Assembly: GCA_050117845.1 (NCBI GenBank) | Contig: JASFLY010000010.1 | Span: 1-64,000, forward strand | Direction of reading: 5' to 3' | Length of the DNA stretch: 64,000 nucleotides | DNA from: Candidatus Zixiibacteriota bacterium | GTDB taxonomy: Bacteria; RBG-13-66-14; B26-G2; WVWN01 | Shown here: piece by piece, positions 47,075 through 57,360 of the stretch | Numbering within the stretch: position 1 is the stretch's first letter | How the letters are laid out: every line of letters begins with the position of its first letter | Translations under genes and position numbers: made by a program | The notes under the pieces: generated by a model | The model's database searches: none | What the model was told of the DNA's origin: nothing | The model's input: the letters and a program-made list of their open reading frames with translations, nothing else

Positions 47075-48271
47075 TTAACGTACGCCCAGATAGCCGACGT
47101 GCCGGTCGATTTTGCCGGTCTCGGCCACGCGGAAGCCCTCGTCGAACGCTTCTTCCAGAAGGTCGGGGCCGGTGTCGCGGCCGCCGAGGCCGTAGATGAA
47201 GTTTAGGACGTGCGGCCTCTCGGGCACTTCGTACAGCGCGCTGCGCACTTCGCCGAAGGTGGGGGAGCCGAACGCCCCGAAAGAGGCGACGCGGTCGCAC
47301 ACGACGACGCACTTCGCGTTTCCGAGGGCGGCGGCGATTTCGGCGTGGGGGAAGGGGCGGAAGTGCCGGAGTTTCATAAGGCCGGCGGCCTTGCCCTGTT
47401 CCCGCATAACGTCGACCGCGTAGCGGGCGGTGCCGGCGGTCGAGCCCAGCGCCACCATGATGACGTCGGCGTCTTCCGTGCGGTAGGTCTCCACCGGGCC
47501 GTAGTGCCGGCCGCTGAGGGCCTCGTACTCGGCCGCGGCCGCGGCGAGCGCCGCCGGAGCGTTCTCCATACCCTCTATCTGCTGGCGTTTGTGTTCGAAG
47601 TAGTAGTCGTGGAAATCGAGCGGCCCGACGGTGAACGGGTCCTTGTCGAGGAGCAGCGCGTAGGAGGGGTTGTAGGGGCCGACGTATTTTTTTACGTCCT
47701 CGTCCGAAAGCGTTTCCACGACTTCCATCGTGTGGCTGATGATGAAGCCGTCGTACGCCACCAGCGCCGGAAGCAGGACGCCGTGGTTTTCCCCGGCCTT
47801 CATCGCGATAAGCAGAAGGTCGTACGCCTCCTGCGGGTTCTCGGCGTAGAGCTGGATCCAGCCGGAGTCGCGGGCGCCCATGGTGTCGGAGTGGTCGCAG
47901 TGGATGTTAATGGGGCCGGAGAGCGCGCGGTTCACGACCGTCATCGTTATCGGCAGGCGGAGCGACGCGGCGATGTACAGGACCTCCCACATCAGCGCGA
48001 AGCCGTTGGCGGAGGTGGCCGTCATGGTGCGGGCCCCGGCCGCCGCGGAGCCGACGCACGCGCTCATCGCGGAGTGCTCGCTCTCGACGGTTATAAGTTC
48101 GGTGTCAACGTCGCCGTCGTGAACGTACTGCGCGAAGGTCTGCATCAGTTCGGTCTGCGGCGTTATGGGATACGCGGCCACGACGTCCGGGTTTATTTGT
48201 TTCATGGCGTACGCGCCGGCGTCGTTCCCCGTAAGCGGTATCTTTATAGATGCTTGGGCCGTTTTAGCCAT
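47075..48271 (-). CDS. porA: Pyruvate/2-oxoacid:ferredoxin oxidoreductase alpha subunit
   Basis: AYPITPQT, VESEHSAMS, NRALSGPINIHCDHSD, GLGGRD. Confidence 0.95.
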   Translation of the reverse strand: MAKTAQASIKIPLTGNDAGAYAMKQINPDVVAAYPITPQTELMQTFAQYVHDGDVDTELITVESEHSAMSACVGSAAAGARTMTATSANGFALMWEVLYIAASLRLPITMTVVNRALSGPINIHCDHSDTMGARDSGWIQLYAENPQEAYDLLLIAMKAGENHGVLLPALVAYDGFIISHTMEVVETLSDEDVKKYVGPYNPSYALLLDKDPFTVGPLDFHDYYFEHKRQQIEGMENAPAALAAAAAEYEALSGRHYGPVETYRTEDADVIMVALGSTAGTARYAVDVMREQGKAAGLMKLRHFRPFPHAEIAAALGNAKCVVVCDRVASFGAFGSPTFGEVRSALYEVPERPHVLNFIYGLGGRDTGPDLLEEAFDEGFRVAETGKIDRHVGYLGVR

Positions 48272-48279
48272 GTGGCCTC

Positions 48280-48567
48280 CTATTCCTCTTCGTCCAAAAC
48301 CATTTCAATGGCTTTTTTGGGGCACTCGGCGGCGCAGATGCCGCAACCCTTGCAGTGCTCGTAGTCGAAGCCTGTCATTTCCTCGTTCTCGACGAGAACC
48401 GACGTGTCCGGACAGAATATCCAGCACAGCAGGCAGTTGTTGCACAGGTCCTGGTTCACCACCGGTTTGTACGTGCGCCAGGAGCCGGTCTCGTATTCGT
48501 CGGCGTTGCCCGCGTCTTTTATAAGGCCGCCGAGGGGTACGTCTTTCCAGCCTTTCTTATCTTCCAT
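48280..48567 (-). CDS. porD: Oxidoreductase delta subunit (2x[4Fe-4S] ferredoxin)
   Basis: TGSWRTYKP, CNNCLLCWIFCPD, CKGCGICAAECP. Confidence 0.95.
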   Translation of the reverse strand: MEDKKGWKDVPLGGLIKDAGNADEYETGSWRTYKPVVNQDLCNNCLLCWIFCPDTSVLVENEEMTGFDYEHCKGCGICAAECPKKAIEMVLDEEE

Positions 48568-48589
48568 CTTGGATTTCGCCTCCCGGCGT

Positions 48590-49168
48590 TTATGCGGCGG
48601 CGCCGCGGACTTCGTCGTGCGCTTTTTTTATGGCGGCGACGTTGTCGTCGACTATCTTCTTGGACTTGGCGCCGAATTTCTTCTCGAAGGTTTTATTAAC
48701 CCAGGGCAGCTCGACCGTGCCGATTATCTTTATAAGCGCGCCGATCATCGGCGAGTTGGGCATGTCGCGGCCCATGACGTCGAGCGATATCTGCCGGGCG
48801 TCCACGACGTAGACCTGATCCGGCTCGACGCCCAACTTGGCGGCGAGTTCGGCCGGGTCGTGCGCGGTATTAATGATAACCTTGCCGCCCGGCTTCAAGC
48901 CTTCCGCCACCGGGACGGTCCCCAGGAGAGTGGGGTCGAGGACCACTACCACGTCCGGCGACGTGATGAAGTTGTGCAGCGTGATGGGCGCGTCGCTCAA
49001 GCGCGTGAAGCCCTGTACGGGCGCGCCCGAGCGTTCGGGGCCGTAGTCCGAGAACCCCTGGATGAACTTCCCTCCCTCGAAGGCGGCCTCGGCGAACAGC
49101 ATCGCGGCGGTTTTAACGCCCTGGCCGCCCCGGCCGTGCCACCGGATTTCGAGTATTTTTTCCGGCAA
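48590..49168 (-). CDS. porC: Oxidoreductase gamma subunit
   Basis: EIRWHGRGGQG, YGPERSGAPV, VLDPTL. Confidence 0.95.
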   Translation of the reverse strand: MPEKILEIRWHGRGGQGVKTAAMLFAEAAFEGGKFIQGFSDYGPERSGAPVQGFTRLSDAPITLHNFITSPDVVVVLDPTLLGTVPVAEGLKPGGKVIINTAHDPAELAAKLGVEPDQVYVVDARQISLDVMGRDMPNSPMIGALIKIIGTVELPWVNKTFEKKFGAKSKKIVDDNVAAIKKAHDEVRGAAA

Positions 49169-49447
49169 TTTACATCACCTCTATTTGAGTTTGAGCGTCG
49201 CTGTGAATCGGTTCGGCAAGCCGTGCTTCGCAGCGATGAACGGAAGTATTATTGCGAGGTTTACTAATTTAAGCGTAGTGGATATTTTGAATATCCGACC
49301 ATTATAGCATAACGGGGAGACCTATTAAAAGGTTTTTCGAAATTATGCCCGGCAGCGCCGCCGCGGCCCCCGGCCCGTTTTAGCTTGATAATTCCGGGTG
49401 AAACCTTTATATTAATTTGGTTACGAATATTATGAAGAGGTGGATAT

Positions 49448-50224
49448 ATGTTTTTCTATCGGATAGCTAGGTTAACGGCCCTCGCGGCCCTTGTATCGAC
49501 CGCTTTCGCCGCGGCCGCGTTCGCTTATTTCGGCGACGTCGTCGCGTCCTTCTCCGCGCCGGCCGAGGGCCCCCAGGCCCTCGCGTACAATAACGGGAAC
49601 CTCTATTGCTACTGCGATTCCCAGGCCGGCCGCATCTGGCGGATAAACGCGGCCAACGGCAACGTGACCGGCTCCTTCGTCTTCGACAAGGCCGGGGCGT
49701 ATCTCGGCGGCCTGGCCCACGACGGCGATTACCTCTGGGCCGGCAATACCGAGGAAAACCGCATATATCGGTTTGATTGGGGCGGCAGCGTCTTATCGTC
49801 ATTCCAGGCCGGGTGGGATGTGGGCAACGGCCTGGCGTGGTCCGGCTGGCACATCTGGGGATGCGCCCAGGGTACGAAGTGGGATTATCGTTTCTTCCAG
49901 ATGAGGTTCACCGGCGGCGTTATCCGGAGCTACCAGACCTACTACGAGTCGTACGACGTCGCCTGGGACGGCAAGTATCTATGGATACCCCAGTACGACG
50001 ATATCGCCACCTCTTACCTCGTCGCCGCCATGACGCCGACCGACGGCTCCGTCACGGGGATGTTGGAAAACCCTCCGGGCGATCAGCCTCGCGGAGCGAC
50101 GTGTGAGGGTAACTACATATGGTTGAGTACGCTGGCCGACGGCGGTTACCTGTGGAAAATCGACATCAAAGGCCTGGCCGTAGAGCCGACGTCGATGGGT
50201 AAGGTCAAGGCGCTGTTCCGGTAG
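49448..50224 (+). CDS. Secreted beta-propeller-like protein with conserved C-terminal tag
   Basis: Signal peptide; repeated GLA(W/H)DG.YLW blades; ends LAVEPTSMGKVKALFR; upstream TTGATA-17-TATATT. Confidence 0.8.
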   Translation: MFFYRIARLTALAALVSTAFAAAAFAYFGDVVASFSAPAEGPQALAYNNGNLYCYCDSQAGRIWRINAANGNVTGSFVFDKAGAYLGGLAHDGDYLWAGNTEENRIYRFDWGGSVLSSFQAGWDVGNGLAWSGWHIWGCAQGTKWDYRFFQMRFTGGVIRSYQTYYESYDVAWDGKYLWIPQYDDIATSYLVAAMTPTDGSVTGMLENPPGDQPRGATCEGNYIWLSTLADGGYLWKIDIKGLAVEPTSMGKVKALFR

Positions 50225-50243
50225 CGCGTCACCAGGCGAATTT

Positions 50244-50272
50244 AAAGCCGGGCCTCGGGGCCCGGCTTTTTT
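50244..50272. terminator. Terminator between convergent genes
   Basis: AAAGCCGGGCC-TCGG-GGCCCGGC-TTTTTT. Confidence 0.8.
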
Positions 50273-50295
50273 CGTGCGCAGGATTCTCGCCGGCC

Positions 50296-50901
50296 TCAAT
50301 CCTCAATTTCGCGGCGGCCGGCGATGGCCTTGGCCAGCGTCACCTCGTCGGCGAAGTCGAGGTCGCCGCCGACCGGCAGGCCGCGGGCGATACGCGTCAC
50401 CTTGACGTCCAAGGGCGAGAGGAGTTTCGCGATGTAGTAGGCGGTGGTGTCGCCCTCCACGTCGGGGTCCGTGGCCACGATGACTTCGGCCACGTGTTCG
50501 GCCTGGACGCGGTGCACCAGCTCCGCCATCCGCAGCTGGTCCGGCCCCACGTCGTCCAGCGGGGAAATGACGCCCATCAGGACGTGATATAGGCCGTTGA
50601 ACTCCCCGGTCCGTTCAATAAGGGCGATGTCGGCCGGCTCTTCGACGACGCACACCAGCCGGCCGTTGCGCGTTTCGTCCTCGCATACGGGGCAGAGTTC
50701 GGCCTCGGCCAGGTTCCCGCAGCGCGCACACGGCTTGACCCGGAAAGTGATTTCCCCGAGAAGCGTCGACAGATTCGCGACGTATTCCTCCGGGGCCTTC
50801 AATATGAAGTACGTCAGCCGCTGGGCCGTTTTCCGGCCTATGCCCGGCATCTTCGTGAGTTCATTTATGAGTCGTTCGATGAGTCGGCTTTGGTTCGTCA
50901 T
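50296..50901 (-). CDS. recR: Recombination mediator RecR
   Basis: PGIGRKTAQRL, C4 zinc finger, CVVE, YHVL.G.ISPLD, EGDTTA, IARGLPVGGDLDFADEVTL. Confidence 0.97.
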   Translation of the reverse strand: MTNQSRLIERLINELTKMPGIGRKTAQRLTYFILKAPEEYVANLSTLLGEITFRVKPCARCGNLAEAELCPVCEDETRNGRLVCVVEEPADIALIERTGEFNGLYHVLMGVISPLDDVGPDQLRMAELVHRVQAEHVAEVIVATDPDVEGDTTAYYIAKLLSPLDVKVTRIARGLPVGGDLDFADEVTLAKAIAGRREIED

Positions 50902-51023
50902 TGAGGCTCCCGGCGCTGAAACGTTGGCGCAATGGTAGTATAGTTGCGGGCCGAAGTAAAGGGCCGCTCGCCCAAAGGAAAGGGCGGCCGGAAGGCCGCC
51001 CTGATAATCGTCGTTGCTTTAGC

Positions 51024-51803
51024 CTAGCCGGCTGATCCCGCCGGAGGCTCCGTGCCGGCCGGTTTCGCCGCCGCGGGCTTCTTCTTCTTTTTGCCGAGAA
51101 GTACGATGATAACGATGATGACGACGACTACGATGATAATGCAAAGGATGATGCCGATAATAACCGCGACTTTGCTGCCGCCGCCGGCCGCTCCCGCCTT
51201 ATACGTGACCGTCATCTCGGTATCGGTGTTGATAAGCTTGTCGAGCGTGTATTCCCAGGCAACCGTATTCCCGGTGATTTCGCCGTTGCTTTCGACGATC
51301 TCGCCGGGGCAATTCAGCTTATAGGTGAATTTATAATCGGTTAACTGCGACGGGTCTTCGACGTCCATCGTGAGCTGGACGAGTTGCTTGAAGGTGACCG
51401 CGTCGCCCGCTACGTCCATCGAGAAAGTCTGAGTAAGTTCCCCGCCTTTAAGCGCGAAAACGCCGTACCCGTTAAGGTCGCCCACGCTCTCAAAATCGAT
51501 GTAATAGCTGGCTTCCGGTACGCCGGAATCCGTTTCGCCGACCGTGATGTCGCGGACGGTCAGATTCGACCCCTCGTACTCCGCCATAATTTCTTCTTCG
51601 GTGAAGGAGAGTTCGGGCGCGCCGCTGACGTCCATGCTGCCTTCGCCTTCCTCACCGGTGGAACCGCCGGTCCGGTCGTAACGGACGTAAATCGTCCCGG
51701 AGCCGTCCGGCTTAAGCGTCAACTCCTGGTCGTAATTGATACAGCCGGCGACGATAATAAGGCCGATGGCCAACGCCGCGAGGCCGATAAGTTTAGACCG
51801 CAT
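51024..51803 (-). CDS. LppM-like lipoprotein with additional C-terminal TM anchor (paralogue 3)
   Basis: Lipobox VAGC; DGSG; PG.I.ESNG..V.W; C-terminal hydrophobic helix followed by KKKKK. Confidence 0.7.
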   Translation of the reverse strand: MRSKLIGLAALAIGLIIVAGCINYDQELTLKPDGSGTIYVRYDRTGGSTGEEGEGSMDVSGAPELSFTEEEIMAEYEGSNLTVRDITVGETDSGVPEASYYIDFESVGDLNGYGVFALKGGELTQTFSMDVAGDAVTFKQLVQLTMDVEDPSQLTDYKFTYKLNCPGEIVESNGEITGNTVAWEYTLDKLINTDTEMTVTYKAGAAGGGSKVAVIIGIILCIIIVVVVIIVIIVLLGKKKKKPAAAKPAGTEPPAGSAG

Positions 51804-51956
51804 AGAGTTTCCTCCTAAATTAAATTAATAAATACGGGTTAACGACGAGCATTCCCCTTGCGGGATTTCATAAAACATTAGCTCGCGTAGTTTAGGATTC
51901 TAACAACATACTACGTCGAAGTCAACCGGAATTTCTTGCGTTTATTTTGGGCCGAA

Positions 51957-52610
51957 TTACCTTTCGGCCGTGGCCGACATGACGGTTTTTTCCGCGCTCG
52001 CGAAGTCGTACAGGGGCCATTCCCACGTTACCGTCCGGCCGTCCTCGCCCACGGTCCCGTTCGTCTCCGTTATTTTGCCGGGCATTTCGACCGAATATGT
52101 AAAAGTGTATCCCTCGAAGAGCGCCCGGGCCAACTCCTTGCTCTCGGGCGTCACTTCCTTCGGATCTTCTTCGTGCTCGTTTATTATTGTCTGTAAGAAA
52201 ACGTATTTGCCGTCTTTTTCCTCGAACGACATTTCCTGGTTCTCGAACGCGCCCGTGCCGTTCAGCGTTCCTATCTTGTCGAAGGACAGGACGAGGTGGG
52301 AGTGGGTTTGCCGCTCGTCGCCTTCGCCCTCGACTTTCTCCCATTGATCCTCGATCGTTACGCCTTCCACGCCCTCGAACGGCGCGCCCAGGTCTCCGGT
52401 AAGGGAGTCGGCCGCCGTGGTCGGGGCCTCGGCTTCGGGGTCGGTGCCCTGGCCGCCCGTCGGCTCGTCGTCGAAGTAAAACATCCACGTATCTATCGTC
52501 AACGTGCCGGAGCCGTCGGCCTCGAACTTCGTATTTTGCTGATACGAAATGCAGCCGGCGACGACCGCCAGCGCGGCGCAAACGGCGATTATAGAGAAAA
52601 AACGCTGCAT
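51957..52610 (-). CDS. LppM-like lipoprotein (paralogue 2)
   Basis: Lipobox VAGC; CISY, DGSG, MPGKITETNG..DGRTVTW. Confidence 0.7.
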   Translation of the reverse strand: MQRFFSIIAVCAALAVVAGCISYQQNTKFEADGSGTLTIDTWMFYFDDEPTGGQGTDPEAEAPTTAADSLTGDLGAPFEGVEGVTIEDQWEKVEGEGDERQTHSHLVLSFDKIGTLNGTGAFENQEMSFEEKDGKYVFLQTIINEHEEDPKEVTPESKELARALFEGYTFTYSVEMPGKITETNGTVGEDGRTVTWEWPLYDFASAEKTVMSATAER

Positions 52611-52727
52611 GACTAACCTCGCTTAATTTAAACTAAAATGATTCCTTCGGCGTTCAATTTGGGTCGGCGGCAATATCGGCTCGTTATGCTTTGCCGGACG
52701 AACCCGGCCTCGGATCGACGCCGCGCG

Positions 52728-53390
52728 CTATTCGGCCCGCGACACGGCCGTCAGTTCGATATAACCCAGTTTCATGAAGATCACGTCCGCCGTCGGGATT
52801 TTCCACGTAACCGTCCGGCCGTCTTCGCCCACGATCCCGTCGCTGTCGGCGACCACGCCCGGCATGACGACCGAAAAAGTAAAGGCGTAATCTCGGAAGA
52901 GGGCCCGGGCGAGCTCTTCGTCCTCCTTAGCGGTCTTCTTGTCCTCGTCGCCGAGCTCGTTTCGGATAGTCTGCTTGAACGTGAACTTGTCGCCTTTTTT
53001 CGAGAACGTCAATTCCTGATTATAAAACGCGCCGTGGCCGTTCAGCCTTTCGACGTTGTCGAAAGCCAGGACGACGTGGGTATGTTCGCGGCGCTCCTTC
53101 CGTTCCCCCTCTATCTTGGACCAGTGTTCCTCGATGGTAACGCCGTCCACGTCGGCGAAGGCGGGGCCCAATTCCTTGCTGAACCGGGCGTTCAACTTTC
53201 CGGCGTCGTCCGAGCTGCCTTGCCCGCCGGCCGAGGTTCCGGCCTCGTCGTCGGAGTAGGGGACCCAACTATCTATTGCGATGCGGCCTGAACCGTCCTC
53301 CTCGAAAGTGATATGATGCTCGTACGAGATGCAGCCCCCGGCCGCCAGCAAACAGCCGAGCAGTACCGCCGCGTATATCGTACGTCGCAT
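52728..53390 (-). CDS. LppM-like lipoprotein (paralogue 1)
   Basis: Lipobox AGGC; CISY, DGSG, EELARALF, MPG..DGRTVTW. Confidence 0.7.
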   Translation of the reverse strand: MRRTIYAAVLLGCLLAAGGCISYEHHITFEEDGSGRIAIDSWVPYSDDEAGTSAGGQGSSDDAGKLNARFSKELGPAFADVDGVTIEEHWSKIEGERKERREHTHVVLAFDNVERLNGHGAFYNQELTFSKKGDKFTFKQTIRNELGDEDKKTAKEDEELARALFRDYAFTFSVVMPGVVADSDGIVGEDGRTVTWKIPTADVIFMKLGYIELTAVSRAE

Positions 53391-53399
53391 ATTACGTCT

Positions 53400-54566
53400 C
53401 TACGCGTTCTCCAACGCTTGCGCCAGATCGGCGATTATATCCTCCGCGTCCTCCAGGCCGGCCGAAATCCGGATGAATCCCGGCCCCATGCCCGCTCCCG
53501 CGGCCCGCTCCGCGTCGAAGACGCCGTGGGTGACGCCCGGCGGGTGCTGCACCAGCGTCAGCGTGTCGCCGAGGCTCACGGCGAAGACGCACAGCTCGAG
53601 CGCCCCCAGGAATCGTTCCGCCGCCTCGCCGTCCGCCAACTCGAACGCCACGATGCCGCCGAAGTCGCGCATCTGCCGCCGCGCGAGTTCGTGCCCCGGG
53701 TGCTCCGGCAGGCCGGGGTAGTAAACCCGCGTCACCTTGTCGTGGGCCGCCAGGAATTCCGCGATGGCGCGGGCGTTGGCGCAGTGCCGGTCCATCCGGA
53801 GCGGCAGCGTCTTGAGGCCCCGGCCGAACTGGTACGCCGACGCCGGCGACGGCGCGACGCCGAGGTCCTTGTATATGCCCTTGCGGATTTCGGCCAACCG
53901 GTCCGCCGGCCCCGCCAGAGCGCCGCCCACGACGTCGTGGCCGCCGAAGTACTTCGTCGCGGAATGGAGGGAGAAGGTGGCGCCGAGTTCGATGGGCCGC
54001 TGGAGGTAGGGCGTGGCGAAGGTGTTGTCGAAGGCGACGGGCACGTCCCCGGCCGCCCGCGACGTGGCCTCTATGTCGACGATGTTGAGCAGGGGATTGG
54101 AGGGCGTCTCGAGGTAGACCATTTTGGTTTCGGGGCGGATAGCCGCCGCGACGGCCTCCGCCGTCGGCTCCTCGACGTAGCTTATGTCGACGCCGAAGCG
54201 GGGCAGTTGTCCCGCGAAGAAGATGGCGGTCCCTCCGTAGAGCTGGCGCTGGGTGACGATATGGTCGCCGGCGCCGACGTGCGCGAGTACCAGCGTCGAA
54301 ATGGCGGCCATGCCGGACCCGAAGGCCAGGCCGGCCTCGGCCCCCTCCAGCTCCGCCACGTCCCGCTCGAACGCGGCGGTCGTGGGGTTGGCGAACCGGC
54401 TGTAGAAATAATCGTCCGTTTCGCCCGCGACCACCGCCCGCCCTCGCTCGCCCGGGGGAAAGGAAAACGAGGCGGTCTGGTAAATGGGCACGGATAAAGC
54501 GCCCGTTTCCTTATCGACGGGCGCGGTGCCGCGCACGGCGCGGGTGTGGAATCCTCGGCGTTTCAT
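53400..54566 (-). CDS. PLP-dependent trans-sulfuration enzyme (methionine gamma-lyase/cystathionine gamma-lyase family)
   Basis: PIYQT, YSRFANPT, SGMAAI, YGGT, ETPSNP, DNTFATP, HSATKYFGGH, AVSLG, IRISAGLE. Confidence 0.93.
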   Translation of the reverse strand: MKRRGFHTRAVRGTAPVDKETGALSVPIYQTASFSFPPGERGRAVVAGETDDYFYSRFANPTTAAFERDVAELEGAEAGLAFGSGMAAISTLVLAHVGAGDHIVTQRQLYGGTAIFFAGQLPRFGVDISYVEEPTAEAVAAAIRPETKMVYLETPSNPLLNIVDIEATSRAAGDVPVAFDNTFATPYLQRPIELGATFSLHSATKYFGGHDVVGGALAGPADRLAEIRKGIYKDLGVAPSPASAYQFGRGLKTLPLRMDRHCANARAIAEFLAAHDKVTRVYYPGLPEHPGHELARRQMRDFGGIVAFELADGEAAERFLGALELCVFAVSLGDTLTLVQHPPGVTHGVFDAERAAGAGMGPGFIRISAGLEDAEDIIADLAQALENA

Positions 54567-54625
54567 ATATCGGGGCGTAACTCGCCGTAAAGGCTTACTC
54601 CAGGGAGCGAAGCGTCGACCCCGGC

Positions 54626-54654
54626 ATTATAGGCGTGCCGCCGGACGCTGTCAA
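54626..54654 (-). promoter_or_regulatory. Consensus sigma70 promoter for the trans-sulfuration gene
   Basis: Minus strand TTGACA-17 nt-TATAAT (perfect consensus). Confidence 0.8.
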
Positions 54655-54676
54655 GCTCATTGTACGGATGCCTTAT

Positions 54677-55267
54677 TTATAAATAATACCGGGCCAGGAG
54701 GACGCCGAGCGTCGTCGGCTCCAGGCAGCCGCACTCCCGGCTGCGGTCGTACCACGCCGTCAGCGTCCAGCTCCCCGGTTCCGGCGCGCCGAATTCGTAG
54801 TCGCACACGCCGTCGTCGATAAGAAAGCCGTCGTTCGGCGTCACCATTACCGTGAGCGAGAGTGCGACCGTGTAGGCGTAATAAGTCTGTTCACCCGCGC
54901 CGGGCGAGCCGATGGAGTTCCAGCCGTTGTCGAGGGAGAGTTCGTAAGTTTGCGAGAAGAGATTCCCGGCGGCCTGCAGGAAGGCCGCGCGGTCCCACGA
55001 AGTCGGGATGGTGTATCCGTTGACGGTAGTGCCGACGTCGGCGGGATCGAAGTGGAAGGCGAAGTCGTTCGAAAGCGCCGCGGCGAGGAGCCGGGCGTCG
55101 GAGCGGTTGAAGGAGAGTTCGACGTTGGCCAGTACGAACGCCGGTTCGGTCGGCTCGTACGTCTCCGGGCCGGCCGGCGTTTCCTCGTCGCCGTCGCACC
55201 CGGCGAGGACCGCCAGGCCGACGAGGACGGCGAGTAAGTACGTCCCCTTCGGGTCGGGCCGTTTCAT
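54677..55267 (-). CDS. Lipoprotein, NTF2/SnoaL-like fold suspected (paralogue B)
   Basis: Lipobox LAGC; L..DF.F.FDP.DVG..Y.IP.SWDRAAFL; ends LEPTTLGVLLARYYL. Confidence 0.7.
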   Translation of the reverse strand: MKRPDPKGTYLLAVLVGLAVLAGCDGDEETPAGPETYEPTEPAFVLANVELSFNRSDARLLAAALSNDFAFHFDPADVGTTVNGYTIPTSWDRAAFLQAAGNLFSQTYELSLDNGWNSIGSPGAGEQTYYAYTVALSLTVMVTPNDGFLIDDGVCDYEFGAPEPGSWTLTAWYDRSRECGCLEPTTLGVLLARYYL

Positions 55268-55303
55268 CGCTATCTTACCCCCACAAATAAAAAAGCCGGC
55301 GGC

Positions 55304-55903
55304 CTAACGGTAAATGCAGAGAGACGTTCCGAAGGCGGTATACGTGCCCTCGGCCTCGGAACTCGTTCGGTCCCACCAGCCGGAAAGGTGCCACGTATTA
55401 TTGTCGTCCTTCTCGAACGCGAAGTCGAAAAGGCCGCCCTTGACGATATAATCGGTGTGCTTATCCGTTTTGAGGATGAAGTCCACCTGGATATTCTCGA
55501 CGTAGAATTCCGTGGCCCCCGTTTCCGGCGTCCCGATCCAATCCCACGATACCGCGAGCGTTATCTTGTAGGCCTGCTCCATCGCGTTGCGGCTCGCCGA
55601 CAGGAAGGCCGCGCGGTCCCACGATTCCGGGATGACGTAGCCGCCGCCCCCGGGCGCTTCCTGTCCCACGTCGTTCGGGTCGAAATAGAATATAAAATTA
55701 TCGGCCAGGGCCTTGTTCAGATGCGTGGCGTCGCGTTCGTCGAATCCCTGTTCGGCCATCGCGACCGCGTACTTGGGTTGCGAAAGGCCGTAGAGTTTCG
55801 TCGGCGGTACGTATTCGCCCTCGAACAACTCGCAACCGACGCCGCCGAAGACGACGAACAGACAGGCCGCCAGCCCCGTTAATACCCGTTGTGTGTGTTT
55901 CAC
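55304..55903 (-). CDS. Lipoprotein, NTF2/SnoaL-like fold suspected (paralogue A)
   Basis: Lipobox GVGC; FYFDPNDVG..YVIPESWDRAAFL; W.L..W.DR as in its neighbour. Confidence 0.7.
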   Translation of the reverse strand: MKHTQRVLTGLAACLFVVFGGVGCELFEGEYVPPTKLYGLSQPKYAVAMAEQGFDERDATHLNKALADNFIFYFDPNDVGQEAPGGGGYVIPESWDRAAFLSASRNAMEQAYKITLAVSWDWIGTPETGATEFYVENIQVDFILKTDKHTDYIVKGGLFDFAFEKDDNNTWHLSGWWDRTSSEAEGTYTAFGTSLCIYR

Positions 55904-55927
55904 GTCGTTTCCTCCGTATTACTTATC

Positions 55928-57358
<1,431 letters not shown>

Positions 57359-57360
57359 AA

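Noticed and set aside
54567..54625. SAM riboswitch ahead of the trans-sulfuration gene
   Set aside because: The leader after the consensus promoter is only about 50 nt and lacks SAM-I core motifs.
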